64,000 nt of DNA from Ferruginibacter sp. (GTDB lineage: Bacteria; Bacteroidota; Bacteroidia; Chitinophagales; Chitinophagaceae): assembly GCA_039916545.1 (NCBI GenBank), contig JBDSLD010000418.1:2087-66086 (forward strand), in the 5' to 3' direction. The first letter of the stretch is position 1. Each line of letters begins with the position of its first letter. Made by a program: the position numbers and the translations under genes. Positions 1-10,650 of this stretch are shown in pieces. The notes under the pieces were generated by a model. The model was not told the origin of the DNA and did no database searches. It worked only from the letters and a program-made list of their open reading frames with translations.

Positions 1-71
1 GCGATGAATTTATGCGCATCGTTCACAACGAGATAGGGCATTACCGGTAGATAGCCTTCAGGAATTTTCAT
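1..71 (-). CDS. VOC/glyoxalase-family protein, N-terminal fragment (gene runs off the left edge)
   Basis: The reverse complement of 1-71 starts at ATG (69-71) and reads MKIPEGYLPVMPYLVVNDAHKFI. This N-terminus is typical of PhnB/YjdN-like VOC proteins. Only 23 codons are visible. Confidence 0.35.
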   Translation of the reverse strand, partial: MKIPEGYLPVMPYLVVNDAHKFI

Positions 72-183
72 GGTCTGTTTAATTTTTAATAATTTAATGC
101 TGTAAAATTAAGCGGTGTATAAATCATGAAATTGGAAAAACGCGACATATTTACTTCTGTCATTTATTTAAGTTGCTATCGTA

Positions 184-987
184 TTATATGTTATCGTCTT
201 TCCATGAAGTGCCCTCGTTATTGCCGTTGAAATATTGCCTGGGATGATATCCTGAAAATTCTTTGAAGTCGTGGATAAAATGCGACTGATCGTAATAACC
301 ACAATCGTAGGCAATATCGGTAAGGGATAAACGCTTATTTCCATAATGGCTAACAGATGCCTGGAAGCGAATGATCCGCGAAAAGAGTTTGGGACTAAAA
401 CCTGAAAAAGTTTTAAACTTTCTTTCAAACTGCCGGATGGACAAGAAATGATTGCTGGCCAATGTTTCTATTGCAGTCGTTCCTTCTGAATGAATAGTTT
501 TATTTATCACCGTAAGAATACCGTTGTCTTTTTGCTCATGCTTGTGAAGCTGCGCCTGTAAGAATGCGGATATTATTTTCACCCGGTCCATATTATCTTT
601 CGCTACAAGAATCTTCTCAGCAAGTATTTTCCCTTCATTGCCAAGCAAGGTGTAAAAGTCTGGCATTTGGTTAATCACTTCAATAGCAGGAATTCCGAAA
701 AGTTGGGGAACTGCATAAGGATAAAGATATACGCCAAAAATGCCAAAATTTTTATCCGTTACAAACCGCCTGAAAACACGTGATGGGCCGCTAAGTCCGG
801 CATTGAATGAGCTTTCTATTTTATCGCTGGCGCAGATTTCATCAAAAACCGATTTATAATGAAATACCATTTCGGCACATCCGTCTGCCATTGACCGGTG
901 GATATAAGGGCCATCTCCTTCCAATACCCAAAAGCAGCGGATATAATTATTTAATAGCGGGGGTGAGGGAATAGTATAATAGCGCAT
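184..987 (-). CDS. AraC/XylS-family transcriptional regulator
   Basis: The C-terminal double HTH reads ...LSIRQFERKFKTFSGFSPKLFSRIIRFQ... and DIAYDCGYYDQSHFIHDFKEFSGYHPRQYF, the classic AraC signature. The N-terminal domain looks like a ligand-binding or cupin-like domain. Confidence 0.9.
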   Translation of the reverse strand: MRYYTIPSPPLLNNYIRCFWVLEGDGPYIHRSMADGCAEMVFHYKSVFDEICASDKIESSFNAGLSGPSRVFRRFVTDKNFGIFGVYLYPYAVPQLFGIPAIEVINQMPDFYTLLGNEGKILAEKILVAKDNMDRVKIISAFLQAQLHKHEQKDNGILTVINKTIHSEGTTAIETLASNHFLSIRQFERKFKTFSGFSPKLFSRIIRFQASVSHYGNKRLSLTDIAYDCGYYDQSHFIHDFKEFSGYHPRQYFNGNNEGTSWKDDNI

Positions 988-1391
988 TTTTGATGCCGGT
1001 AAATTTCGGGAAGAATAGTTATCTCAACGGGATAAATGTAATAATTTTTTTGGGTGATGTACAATAAATTTGCCCTGATTTAAATTGTTTCCGACGGCCA
1101 GGCACGCTTGTAGATCGAGTTTTAAATAGTGTGGTGCCGGATTTAAAACTTATAAATCTGCTTTATCCGGCGTCCGTTATAATAACAAATGATCAGCTTT
1201 TTCTATTTTTATTATATTTACACGAAACCAATATTTACCCGCAAGGTATATTTTAAGACCCGCAATATTTTAAATTAACGGCCTGGTTCATTTTTTTTCT
1301 GCTGTCATGCGAAACCTGGAAATGAGTGACTGACAATGGGAACTTGTCAATCACTCGTATACACTTTTAACAGTCACCTAAAGTTACCAAC

Positions 1392-2597
1392 ATGAAAAGT
1401 ATCGATAAATCAACCGATTCTGCCTACCTGTTATTAAAAAACGAAATAGAAGAAACGTTTGGAAAAAAAATTAATTCTGCCCGGGACTGCCTGCTTTTGA
1501 GTGAAGAGGTCTTTTCCAAAAATTCTTTTACCGTAAATTCAAATACACTCAGAAGATTTTTCGGATTGGTCAAATCGCCCAATTCTCCTTCTCATACAAC
1601 CGTAGATATTCTCTCTAAATATTGTGGGTTTGCCTCTTTTGATGAATTTAAAAAACTAAAGAATAACTTCAAAAAAAGTACCCAGGATTACTACTCCCAA
1701 AGTATTCTAAATTATCTCGTCTCGTTGTTTAAAGAAACAACTGTTAAAAATTACCGCGATAAAACTTTTGTTGGAGTGACAGAAAATACAATAAATTTTC
1801 TCCAGCGCCACCCGGAATTGATTGATAAGTTTCAAAGAGCGGTTTCTAAAACAAAAAATGGCCAGGATTTTTATTATGAGCAATTTGTTAACGTAGATGG
1901 ATTAAATTCTTATTATGGAAATAGTTTGCGGTATTACCTGGTTGAGAAAAAAAATGCGGAGGCACAGATATTTGGCCACTCGGTTTTATGTTTAAAGGAT
2001 TGGCTCTCGGAAAATACCGTGGGGGTCAAAAAGCATTATGATGAAGTAATTAAATATTCTCTTACAAAGATTAGTCGCCCGGATTTGTACGGCCGGTTTT
2101 TTGCGACCCAGCTTTTCTTCACGGAAATTTTTGGGTTGCCTAAAGAAAAAATACTGACCAGGATCCTGCAATCGCACAATGCTATCCGGCAAAAGAATGA
2201 TGACTTCAGGCTTTTTCCTCACTTTGAATATGTCATTGCACCCGCACTATTATTATCTGGCCACCCCGAAGAAGCATTGTATTATATTGATTATGCATTT
2301 AATAATTACCCGGACAAGGATACCAGGATGGAGCAGGGTTTTTATCAAACGATGTACCTTATCAAGGCTTTGGTATGCTGCATGACAGATAGAAATAAAG
2401 AAGCGGAAAAATTGTACTTACAATTATTTCCTGCGCGATTTTACTTTCTGTCAAAAAAAATAAATACCATCCTTTATATTTTTTTAAGCCAGCACTTGTA
2501 TAAAAAAGACCCGGGCTCCGATCTGCAAATGAATGATTTAATTAAAGAAACAGGCTTTATACGGCTGCACAAAATTCTCAAAATCTACATTTCATAA
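1392..2597 (+). CDS. hypothetical protein (possible HTH-like N-terminus, helical-repeat C-terminus)
   Basis: This is a 401-codon uninterrupted ORF with no catalytic motif I recognise. The N-terminal ~85 aa (...NSARDCLLLSEEVFSKNSFTVNSNTLRRFFGL...VDILSKYCGFASFDEF) look like a DNA-binding helix bundle. The gene stands alone upstream of the EPS locus. Confidence 0.55.
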   Translation: MKSIDKSTDSAYLLLKNEIEETFGKKINSARDCLLLSEEVFSKNSFTVNSNTLRRFFGLVKSPNSPSHTTVDILSKYCGFASFDEFKKLKNNFKKSTQDYYSQSILNYLVSLFKETTVKNYRDKTFVGVTENTINFLQRHPELIDKFQRAVSKTKNGQDFYYEQFVNVDGLNSYYGNSLRYYLVEKKNAEAQIFGHSVLCLKDWLSENTVGVKKHYDEVIKYSLTKISRPDLYGRFFATQLFFTEIFGLPKEKILTRILQSHNAIRQKNDDFRLFPHFEYVIAPALLLSGHPEEALYYIDYAFNNYPDKDTRMEQGFYQTMYLIKALVCCMTDRNKEAEKLYLQLFPARFYFLSKKINTILYIFLSQHLYKKDPGSDLQMNDLIKETGFIRLHKILKIYIS

Positions 2598-3360
2598 CAG
2601 CTACGGTACAGCGCTTGAAAATAATTTGCCTTTCAATAACTGTACAGGAATTATAAAATTTTGCCGCAGTATTATTTTAATTTTTTGTCTGCCGGCCCCG
2701 GTAAACCAGGTTTTGAATGCGCTGAAAATGATTGAATTAGAGCTTTAATTATTTGGGGATATTATTTTTTTTATTGACTTGTGATGAGATGAATAGTAAA
2801 ATGAACAAAAATGAACAAATAAATATAAAATGAAACTTGTACTTTTAATTAACTCTTAAAGAATTTCTGAATACTACTCAAACTAACAAGTAGGAGTAGT
2901 CGATTTTATCCCATACTTATCAAATTCCTGTCCATCTCTTGTTTGCTATATAAATGGCATGACCGCTAAGGTTATTATGTATTTACATTGTATAGCTGAT
3001 CTCTACCAATAAATAGATTTTGCCTTAAATTGTAAAAAGATAAAGTGGTCTAAATGCCCTGAAATCTGATACAGGCGCAGTTCTCACTATGCCTCCCCGT
3101 TCCATTTCAATAATGATTTTAATTGCTAAATGAAAAAAGGATAAACCTTCGACAGGGATATCTTTAAGCATATTATTTTATAATTTACCGGCACTTTAAA
3201 CATGTGACTGAGAGCGGCGAAGCCGTGGAAAATGTAATACCACGTAGTAAAAACACCTCTATAAAATGTAGTAAAATCACATCTGTTTCAGATCATTATT
3301 TCGGAACGCCATGAATTTGATTATAGTCGAATGCACACCTCTAATAAAAATGAACCTCTT

Positions 3361-4161
3361 ATGAAAATTAAAACAAATCTTTTTTTTGTACTGATCAGCA
3401 GTGTTGTTTTTTTGATGTCAACAACTTCATGCGTGAGTACTCAAAAAGTGGTTTATTTTAAAAATTTAAAAGACACCGCTTTTAGAAATTTATCTGATAC
3501 TATCTTCGAATCAGTTATTCAAAACAATGATCTGCTAAGCATCTCCGTTAGTAGCCTCAATCCGGAAGCGACGGTTATTTTTAACACACCGAATGCTCCG
3601 ACTATTACCAGTGCCACAACAATTGGGTCGGGTTCAAGTAACCAAACTACGGGATACCTCGTGAGCAAAACCGGTAATATTCAGTTTCCAATACTGGGTA
3701 ATATTAGAGCAGCAGGATTAACAAAAACACATTTAACGGAGAACATTACCGCATTGCTTTTAAAAAATCAATTGCTTGTCGATCCGATCGTAAACATCAG
3801 GTTTTTAAATTTTAGGGTGACCGTGTTGGGCGAAGTTGCGCGCCCAAATGTACTGACTGTTCCAAGCGAAAAGATATCTATTTTAGAGGCGCTCGGCCTG
3901 GCCGGTGACCTTACTATCTATGCAAGAAGAGAAAGTGTCCTGCTCATAAGAGAGGAAAATGACTTTAAAGTGGTCAGGCATATCAATCTTAATTCTGCGG
4001 AGATATTCTCGTCTCCTTACTATTATCTTAAGTCAAATGATATTGTTTATGCAGAGCCAAATGCTGCCAGGATCTCTGCGGCAAGTAATACCAGGCAACT
4101 ATTGCCGGTTGTATTAAGCGGCCTTTCTTTTATTGCCATAATACTTACAAGGGTTTTATAA
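3361..4161 (+). CDS. wza: polysaccharide export outer-membrane lipoprotein (Wza/Poly_export + SLBB)
   Basis: The track ORF is 3331-4161. The internal ATG at 3361 gives a lipoprotein signal, MKIKTNLFFVLISSVVFLMSTTSC. Wza-type blocks are present: NDLLSISVSSLNPEA, GNIQFPILGNIRAAGLTKTHLTENI, RVTVLGEVARPNV and ISILEALGLAGDL. Confidence 0.85.
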   Translation: MKIKTNLFFVLISSVVFLMSTTSCVSTQKVVYFKNLKDTAFRNLSDTIFESVIQNNDLLSISVSSLNPEATVIFNTPNAPTITSATTIGSGSSNQTTGYLVSKTGNIQFPILGNIRAAGLTKTHLTENITALLLKNQLLVDPIVNIRFLNFRVTVLGEVARPNVLTVPSEKISILEALGLAGDLTIYARRESVLLIREENDFKVVRHINLNSAEIFSSPYYYLKSNDIVYAEPNAARISAASNTRQLLPVVLSGLSFIAIILTRVL

Positions 4162-4191
4162 GCTATTGATCCATCACCCTAAAATTATCAA

Positions 4192-5193
4192 ATGAATAAT
4201 ATGATAAGGAAGTTTGTACCCGGTTCCTTTGTTAAGGTCTATAAACTACAAAGAGCAAAAATAAATGTCATGAAAGATTTCCTTTATGACTATGCCAGGT
4301 TCATGCGGTATTCTTCATCAGTTGGCCTAAACACGAAAGAAACATTGCAGGCTTTTATCGTAAAAGAATATCATGCTGTAGAAAAAGGGATGGCATTAGG
4401 TAACCCACGACCTGGGTTCGGTGAAGTTAGGATCGCGAGTTTATTAAATGCCATTGAAGTCCACGAAAGTAAGTATGGTGGCGACCCTGTGCTTGATATT
4501 GCCTTTGCCGGACTTCAGGAATATTCGGGGTTTAACGAACGCAATAATATAAGCAATGGGGTAACTGAAAGGATAAAAAGCAAGTTACTGCATTACAAAC
4601 AGGAGTCAGTTTCCGTTGGGGGGACCAGGGAAATTTCGAAATCAGAAATTACAGAAGCGCTGGATTTTGATTTTGGAAAATTTATTAAATCACGTTTTAG
4701 CATACGTGATTTTTCGGAGCAACCTGTTAATACGGCTGATTTGTTGGCTGCAATAGACCTGGCGAAATATGCTCCGTCCGCATGTAACAGGCAGGCGTGG
4801 AAAGTGTACCTGATCGAACATTCCAATAAGGAATTTAAATCAAAGATACTTGACATTCAAAACGGAAATAAAGGTTTTAGAGAGCAGATAAGCGCTTTGC
4901 TGGTTATTACCGGAAAATTATCTTCTTTCGGCGATTACGAGAGAAACCAATCGTTTATCGATGGTGGTATGTTTGCCATGTCATTGTTGCTGGCGTTGCA
5001 TTCGAAAGGCTTGGGCACCTGTTGTTTGAACAATAGTTTTACTGCTGCAAAGAACAAATTATTTTGCAATATCATGAACATAAGTGAAGATAATGTTCCT
5101 ATTATGTTCATTGCTGTAGGGCACCTGAAAAATAATTTCAAGGTGGCAATGTCCGCCCGAAAAACACTGGATGAAATTGTTACTATTCGATAA
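4192..5193 (+). CDS. nitroreductase-family protein with ~165-aa N-terminal extension
   Basis: The C-terminal half reads FSIRDFSEQPVNTADLLAAIDLAKYAPSACNRQAWKVYLI...FIDGGMFAMSLLLALHSKGLGTC, a nitroreductase (FMN) fold signature. I could not assign the N-terminal half. Confidence 0.8.
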   Translation: MNNMIRKFVPGSFVKVYKLQRAKINVMKDFLYDYARFMRYSSSVGLNTKETLQAFIVKEYHAVEKGMALGNPRPGFGEVRIASLLNAIEVHESKYGGDPVLDIAFAGLQEYSGFNERNNISNGVTERIKSKLLHYKQESVSVGGTREISKSEITEALDFDFGKFIKSRFSIRDFSEQPVNTADLLAAIDLAKYAPSACNRQAWKVYLIEHSNKEFKSKILDIQNGNKGFREQISALLVITGKLSSFGDYERNQSFIDGGMFAMSLLLALHSKGLGTCCLNNSFTAAKNKLFCNIMNISEDNVPIMFIAVGHLKNNFKVAMSARKTLDEIVTIR

Positions 5194-5314
5194 ATAAAGC
5201 CTGTAAAATTTGTCTTCAATAAACTCCAGAGCGCCAGGGTCACTTATGATTTTGCGGCATATTGTAAGCAATCTCTCCTTTTAAGTCTTTGAATTTTAAA
5301 TCAAATAAAAAATT

Positions 5315-7639
5315 ATGATGGAATATTCAAATAATAATAATAACCATATCAATTATGGCTCTGATAAAAAAGGGAACAACCAGGTAACAGGTGACTTCGA
5401 TTTTACTGATGCACTATATAAATTTCTTCCCTTTTGGCCGGTTATACTTGCCTCATTTGTATTAAGTATGACCGTTGCTTATTGTTACCTGAAATATGCA
5501 ATACCGCTGTACGAGATATCATCGGTGATACTAGTTAAAGATGACAAAAAAGGCACTAATGATGTAAATATTTTGGAGTCTCTTGATATGTTTGGGTCTA
5601 AAAAAAATGTTGAGAATGAGATTGAAATACTTCGTTCGAGAAGTTTATTGGAACAGGTGGTAGATAATCTTCAACTGTATTCCGCCACCTTTTACAAGGG
5701 ACGGATGAGAAATATTTCAGCTTACCAGGCGTCCCCGGTAAAAATTGAAATAAAGCATCCGGAGTATTTAGATGAAACTGCAGAGGTTCCTTTTACGATC
5801 GATAGCACCGGAACGATTAAGTTTTCAACTATTGCTGCGCGTAAAAATGAATGGGTTGTTTTCAACGGGGATACGTTGAGGTTTATTCCTAACCCTGCGT
5901 ATAAAAAACCATTGGAAGAGGCGCCTTTATTTTTTTCTTTAACTAATCCGAAACGCATTGTAGAAGACCTGGCAGGGCGACTTGCAGTAAGTGCCAGCAG
6001 TAAGCAATCCACGGCGATTGACCTAAACTTTAAAGATGCTGTTCCATTAAGGGGCGAAGATATTTTAAATGGGGTGGTGCGCTCGTATATAAAAGCTGGG
6101 GTACAGGACAAGAATAGCTTAGCGGCCAATACATTGACCTTTGTTGAAAAACGACTCAAATATATCGTGCATGAACTGGATAGTGTGGAGAGCGCCGTAC
6201 AAAAATATAAAACGAATAAAGGGATCGTTGATATCAGTGAACAGGGCAGAAATTTCTTACAAAGTGTTGAAAGCAATGATGAAAAAGTTGGCCAGATAAA
6301 TATGCAGCTGGCTATGATGGGGGAAGTTGAAAAATATGTGTCATCCAATGAGAACAATAGCGGTATTGTACCTTCTACCTTAGGAATAAATGATCCGGTA
6401 TTGACCCAATCACTGCAACGGCTACACGATCTTGAGATCGAATACGAACGATTAAAGAAAACTACCGCTTTGCAAAACCCTTTACTTGTTTCAGTACAGG
6501 ATCAAATCAATAAAGTGAAGCCTGGTATTTTTGAGAGTTTGAAGAATCAGCGTAATAACCTCGTCGCCGGCAGGGATAACCTGAGTAAAACAAGTAATAC
6601 TTATTCTGCCGCGTTGAGCAGGATACCTCAAAACGAGCGCGAGCTGCTGGAGATCACCAGGCAGCAGGTCATCAAAAACAATATCTACACATTCCTGCTT
6701 CAAAAAAGAGAAGAGACTGCTTTGTCCTTCGCAAGCGCCGTAGGGGATAGCAGGATAGTAGACGATGCAAAATCTGGTATTGACCCGGTTATTCCAAAAC
6801 CATCAATGATCTATTTAATCGCGGTATTTTTTGGCTTTGGTTTTAGCGTAGCATTTTTATACGTGATAAATATTTTAAACAAAAATATTTTTTCCAAAAA
6901 TGAAATTAAAAAAATAATAGCCTGGCCAATTGTAGGTGAAATCGTGCAGACAGAAAATAAGCAGACAGTTGTTGCTAACAATGGCCATATCGCGGCTGAG
7001 CAATTTCGCCACCTGCGTACTTCGCTCGATTATCTTGGCATCGATAAGACCCATAAAAAACTGCTGATCACTTCATCCATAACAGGGGAAGGAAAAACTT
7101 TTATTGCCGCCAACCTGGCCATCAGTCTTGCTCTTACCAATAAAAAAGTGGTATTGGTGGAACTTGATCTTCGCAGGCCCAAACTCAATGAGGTGTTTAA
7201 AACCCATGAAGATGTTGGAGTCAGCAACTTTTTAACAGAAAAATTCGCGGCAGAGGATATTATTAAATCGACAGCACACAAGAATTTGTTTTTTATTGAT
7301 TGTGGTTTAATGCCAAGCAATCCATCCGAGCTTTTGTTGACTACTAAATTGGGTGAATTGCTGCAATACCTTGAAAAGGAATTCGACTATGTGATAATAA
7401 ACACTGCTCCTGTAATACCTGTGACAGATGCTTACACACTCTCTAAATTTTGCGATGTTACTCTTTTTGTTATTCGTTATAATTACACGCCTAAAAATAT
7501 CTTAAAAAGAATTGAAGAAAGTAATGCGATTATGGGATTGAAAAATGTTGGAATTATTTTTAACGGTTTAAAAAGTAGCAGATTCGATAAACGTAAATAT
7601 GGATATGTATACGAAAAAGGATATGAGAAACAACTATAA
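5315..7639 (+). CDS. wzc: polysaccharide co-polymerase / tyrosine autokinase (Wzc/GumC-type)
   Basis: An N-terminal TM segment is followed by a Wzz-like periplasmic coiled coil and then a second TM segment. The cytoplasmic P-loop reads LLITSSITGEGKTFIAANLAISLA, and a Walker B-like block reads VVLVELDLRRP. The C-terminal tail is Tyr-rich (KRKYGYVYEKGYEKQL). Confidence 0.9.
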   Translation: MMEYSNNNNNHINYGSDKKGNNQVTGDFDFTDALYKFLPFWPVILASFVLSMTVAYCYLKYAIPLYEISSVILVKDDKKGTNDVNILESLDMFGSKKNVENEIEILRSRSLLEQVVDNLQLYSATFYKGRMRNISAYQASPVKIEIKHPEYLDETAEVPFTIDSTGTIKFSTIAARKNEWVVFNGDTLRFIPNPAYKKPLEEAPLFFSLTNPKRIVEDLAGRLAVSASSKQSTAIDLNFKDAVPLRGEDILNGVVRSYIKAGVQDKNSLAANTLTFVEKRLKYIVHELDSVESAVQKYKTNKGIVDISEQGRNFLQSVESNDEKVGQINMQLAMMGEVEKYVSSNENNSGIVPSTLGINDPVLTQSLQRLHDLEIEYERLKKTTALQNPLLVSVQDQINKVKPGIFESLKNQRNNLVAGRDNLSKTSNTYSAALSRIPQNERELLEITRQQVIKNNIYTFLLQKREETALSFASAVGDSRIVDDAKSGIDPVIPKPSMIYLIAVFFGFGFSVAFLYVINILNKNIFSKNEIKKIIAWPIVGEIVQTENKQTVVANNGHIAAEQFRHLRTSLDYLGIDKTHKKLLITSSITGEGKTFIAANLAISLALTNKKVVLVELDLRRPKLNEVFKTHEDVGVSNFLTEKFAAEDIIKSTAHKNLFFIDCGLMPSNPSELLLTTKLGELLQYLEKEFDYVIINTAPVIPVTDAYTLSKFCDVTLFVIRYNYTPKNILKRIEESNAIMGLKNVGIIFNGLKSSRFDKRKYGYVYEKGYEKQL

Positions 7640-7730
7640 TTGCGGTACCCATTCACAAATAATAGTAGCATAATCATGATCCTGGCGATTTTTCATAGTA
7701 AATATTTCAATCGAAACAGATAACAACCGA

Positions 7731-9224
7731 ATGAGTAAAAATTCAAGTTTAACTAAATTAACCAGCTTATACATTTTAGGAAATCTGACTTCTAAAATTG
7801 TAAACTTTGGGTTGTTTTTTTTGTACACTTTTTACCTGAGCATGTCTGATCTTGGTTTTTTTGACCTGATAATCACATCTATTACTTTGATCGCGCCCAT
7901 TGTAAGTTTGCAGGTGTATGATGCCGTTCTAAGGTGGCTCATCAATGAAAAAGAACGAATCAATATTAACCGGGTTGTGAGCAATAGTGTGATCATCATG
8001 TTGATCAGCCTTGCAATTTTTTCTTTCTTTTATTTTATCGTATGGTATTTTGTTGATCTCCGGTATGGCATATTAATTTACGTTTTACTGGTACTACAGC
8101 CATGCTACCTGCTGATTCCCCAGATTGCGCGCGGCATAGGCAAAAGCGCTGTTTACGCATTAAATGGAGTAGTTTATTCTTTTTCCTTTTTAATTACGGC
8201 GTCGTTATTTCTCGGGATTTTAAAATGGAAAATTGAGGGCCTTTTAATAGCAAATATTTTAGCAATTCTTATATCATTAATTTTTATTTTCTACAAAACC
8301 AGTCTTCTTACATATTTTAAGCTAAGTTATTTTGATAAAAGTTTATGCAGGGAGCTGATCAATTATTCCATCCCGCTTATTCCAAATACTTTGAGCTGGT
8401 GGGTAATAGCAGCATCAAACCGTTATTTTATTTTATACTTTTATGGAACTGCGCTTAACGGTTTATTTGCCATTGCTTTAAAATTGCCCACCATTGTCGT
8501 TATGATATCGGGCATATTTACAATGGCATGGATCGAGAAATCAATACAGGTATATAATTCAGACACCCGCGATGAATATTACACTTCTGTATTTGAAAAA
8601 TTCTTTTCCCTTCTTTTTTGCGCCATCATATTTTTGATTTCATCAACAAAGCCATTGCTGAAACTGATCGTTCAATCATCTTATTATGAAGTTTGGAAAC
8701 TCTTGCCATTTCTTTACCTGGCTGTAGGTTTCCAGGCGCTTTCAAGTTTTTACGGCACCGGCTATTTAAATTCAAAAAGAACAAAGGAGGCATTATACAC
8801 AACCATTTACGGGGCTGGCGTTACAGTTATTTCCGGCTTGATGCTGATACCTTTTGCTGGTCTTATAGGAGCGAGCATTTCGATTTTACTTGGCTACCTG
8901 GTCATGTTTGGTGTAAGGGCAGTCAAAACAAGAGAGTATTTCAGGATCAAACTGCCAATCGAAAAGATGATAGCGATCAATATCATTTTGATTATTACTT
9001 CACTCATTACCATTAGCGATAACATCGTAATACTTGCCTGTAATGTCATTTTCTCTTTGCTCACATTTATTTTCTTTAACAAAAAATTCCTGGCTGACTA
9101 CCTGAAAAAGATGCTCGGTAAAAAGGCCAATGCTTTCCTGGAAATATTTTATAGTAAAATGGGCAGCGTTAAATTTCCATTTACCAGTGCTGTCAAGGGA
9201 AGAGGAAAAGTCAATTCCTGGTAG
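7731..9224 (+). CDS. wzx: Wzx-type oligosaccharide flippase (MOP superfamily polysaccharide biosynthesis protein)
   Basis: The ~497-aa protein is almost entirely hydrophobic helices (about 12-14). It sits between wzc and wzy, and its layout is typical of Wzx. Confidence 0.8.
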   Translation: MSKNSSLTKLTSLYILGNLTSKIVNFGLFFLYTFYLSMSDLGFFDLIITSITLIAPIVSLQVYDAVLRWLINEKERININRVVSNSVIIMLISLAIFSFFYFIVWYFVDLRYGILIYVLLVLQPCYLLIPQIARGIGKSAVYALNGVVYSFSFLITASLFLGILKWKIEGLLIANILAILISLIFIFYKTSLLTYFKLSYFDKSLCRELINYSIPLIPNTLSWWVIAASNRYFILYFYGTALNGLFAIALKLPTIVVMISGIFTMAWIEKSIQVYNSDTRDEYYTSVFEKFFSLLFCAIIFLISSTKPLLKLIVQSSYYEVWKLLPFLYLAVGFQALSSFYGTGYLNSKRTKEALYTTIYGAGVTVISGLMLIPFAGLIGASISILLGYLVMFGVRAVKTREYFRIKLPIEKMIAINIILIITSLITISDNIVILACNVIFSLLTFIFFNKKFLADYLKKMLGKKANAFLEIFYSKMGSVKFPFTSAVKGRGKVNSW

Positions 9225-9268
9225 ATCATTTAAAGTTTATATTACAAAAACCGCTCTGGATATAACAT

Positions 9269-10630
9269 ATGAATATAAAGATTATAGTTTTTGGTCTTCT
9301 CGCTACCGTTTATCTTTCGAGGCTGATCTTAGTATTGATGGCTGGTAAAAGTCCGAAGTTCCTGTTAGTGAGTTTTTTTTTAATGTCTATTCCACTTCAT
9401 TATTCGATCCCGGTTTTCACCCCTGTGTTTTCAACGCAGGCGGGCACTTTTGGAACACAAGCCTATATTTATTTGCCGTTAATATTGTTGGTTGTTGCCT
9501 GGCCCTTTTTTACTTTTAATAAAGATCTGTACTATGGTAAAAGTAATTTATGGATGATTTTTGTTATAATATTAATTGCCTTCTCTTTATTTAACCCACT
9601 CACCGTATCTAATTATTTTGTGGGTATATTCTGCATTTTCTTTTTTTCGCATATTCTTTTTTTCAAATTTCTTCTTAAAGGATTTAATAAAGTTGAACTC
9701 ATTAAGGGAATATTTGATGGATTTATGGTATTGTGTGTGTGCCAGTTTTTTTTGGCAATATGCTGGCCGGTTTTGGGAATCACTTCCGTTACAACTATTT
9801 TTCATGTGGTGGGGGAACGCACTGCCACCAGGACCGGCGGTCGTCCCGGCGCTTTAGGCTTCTTTGTGCACCCGGGTAACCTTGCTTTGTTCACAATAAT
9901 TGCCACGGCTTTTTTCCAGGCTTGTTTTTTAAATAATAATAATAAGAGACTTAGTGCCGCGCTGATATTGCTTAATATTTGTACGATCTTTCTTACTTAT
10001 TCCAGGACGTCCTATATTGTTTTTACGCTGGTTCTGTTATTTGTGTATTTTATCAACAAAACTGCAAATAAGCCTCTCTTTACCTTGAAAAATATTTTTA
10101 ATTTTGTTCTTCCTGCCGCGGTTATTTCCGGGTGGATTGTTTTTCTTTCTCCGCTTAGTTCGCTTTTTTTGAAAAATGATTCTGATGTGCAATTAGATAA
10201 TCGCATGATACATTGGAACATGGCGCTCAAAATATTTCCGACATCACCGCTAATGGGTGTTGGCATAAATTCACATCTCGAATATTTTTCAAAGAACTTT
10301 TCTTTATTCAATTCGATGATCATCGATGATGAATTTTTTTGGCAAATGCCTATACACAATGTTCATTTACTGATCCTTGTTGAAACCGGCCTTGCAGGGC
10401 TTTTGTTGTGGTTCATATTTGCTGTTAGCAGCATATCCAGTGCAAAAAAAGATGTCGCTAATAATAGAAATGAGATCCTTTCTTTAACACATATGGGATT
10501 GATTGTAGCATTTTTTCTATATGGGATAACAGGATGGGCACCTTTATCCGACTCTATATTGCCCTACCTGTTATTCTTTTCATTTTTTACAATTAAGTAT
10601 CGAAATTTTAAATTGCCACAGCTTGGGTAA
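9269..10630 (+). CDS. wzy: O-antigen ligase/polymerase family membrane protein (Wzy-like)
   Basis: This is a polytopic membrane protein. It has Wzy_C-like blocks ...FLTYSRTSYIVFTLVLL... and ...MPIHNVHLLILVETGLAGLLLW... Confidence 0.8.
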   Translation: MNIKIIVFGLLATVYLSRLILVLMAGKSPKFLLVSFFLMSIPLHYSIPVFTPVFSTQAGTFGTQAYIYLPLILLVVAWPFFTFNKDLYYGKSNLWMIFVIILIAFSLFNPLTVSNYFVGIFCIFFFSHILFFKFLLKGFNKVELIKGIFDGFMVLCVCQFFLAICWPVLGITSVTTIFHVVGERTATRTGGRPGALGFFVHPGNLALFTIIATAFFQACFLNNNNKRLSAALILLNICTIFLTYSRTSYIVFTLVLLFVYFINKTANKPLFTLKNIFNFVLPAAVISGWIVFLSPLSSLFLKNDSDVQLDNRMIHWNMALKIFPTSPLMGVGINSHLEYFSKNFSLFNSMIIDDEFFWQMPIHNVHLLILVETGLAGLLLWFIFAVSSISSAKKDVANNRNEILSLTHMGLIVAFFLYGITGWAPLSDSILPYLLFFSFFTIKYRNFKLPQLG

Positions 10631-10650
10631 TTGCACCTTTCAGAAATCAC

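Noticed and set aside
5722-6357. Long antisense ORFs inside well-supported genes. Examples are 5722-6357 (211 aa) in wzc, 33097-33552 in the Bcr/CflA gene, 29284-29679 in the M36 gene, 19443-19856 in the WbaP gene and 36280-36627 in the adhesin gene.
   Set aside because: These are shadow ORFs on the opposite strand of genes with strong family signatures. Their translations are compositionally odd (Ser/Leu/Cys/Arg-rich) and lack motifs.
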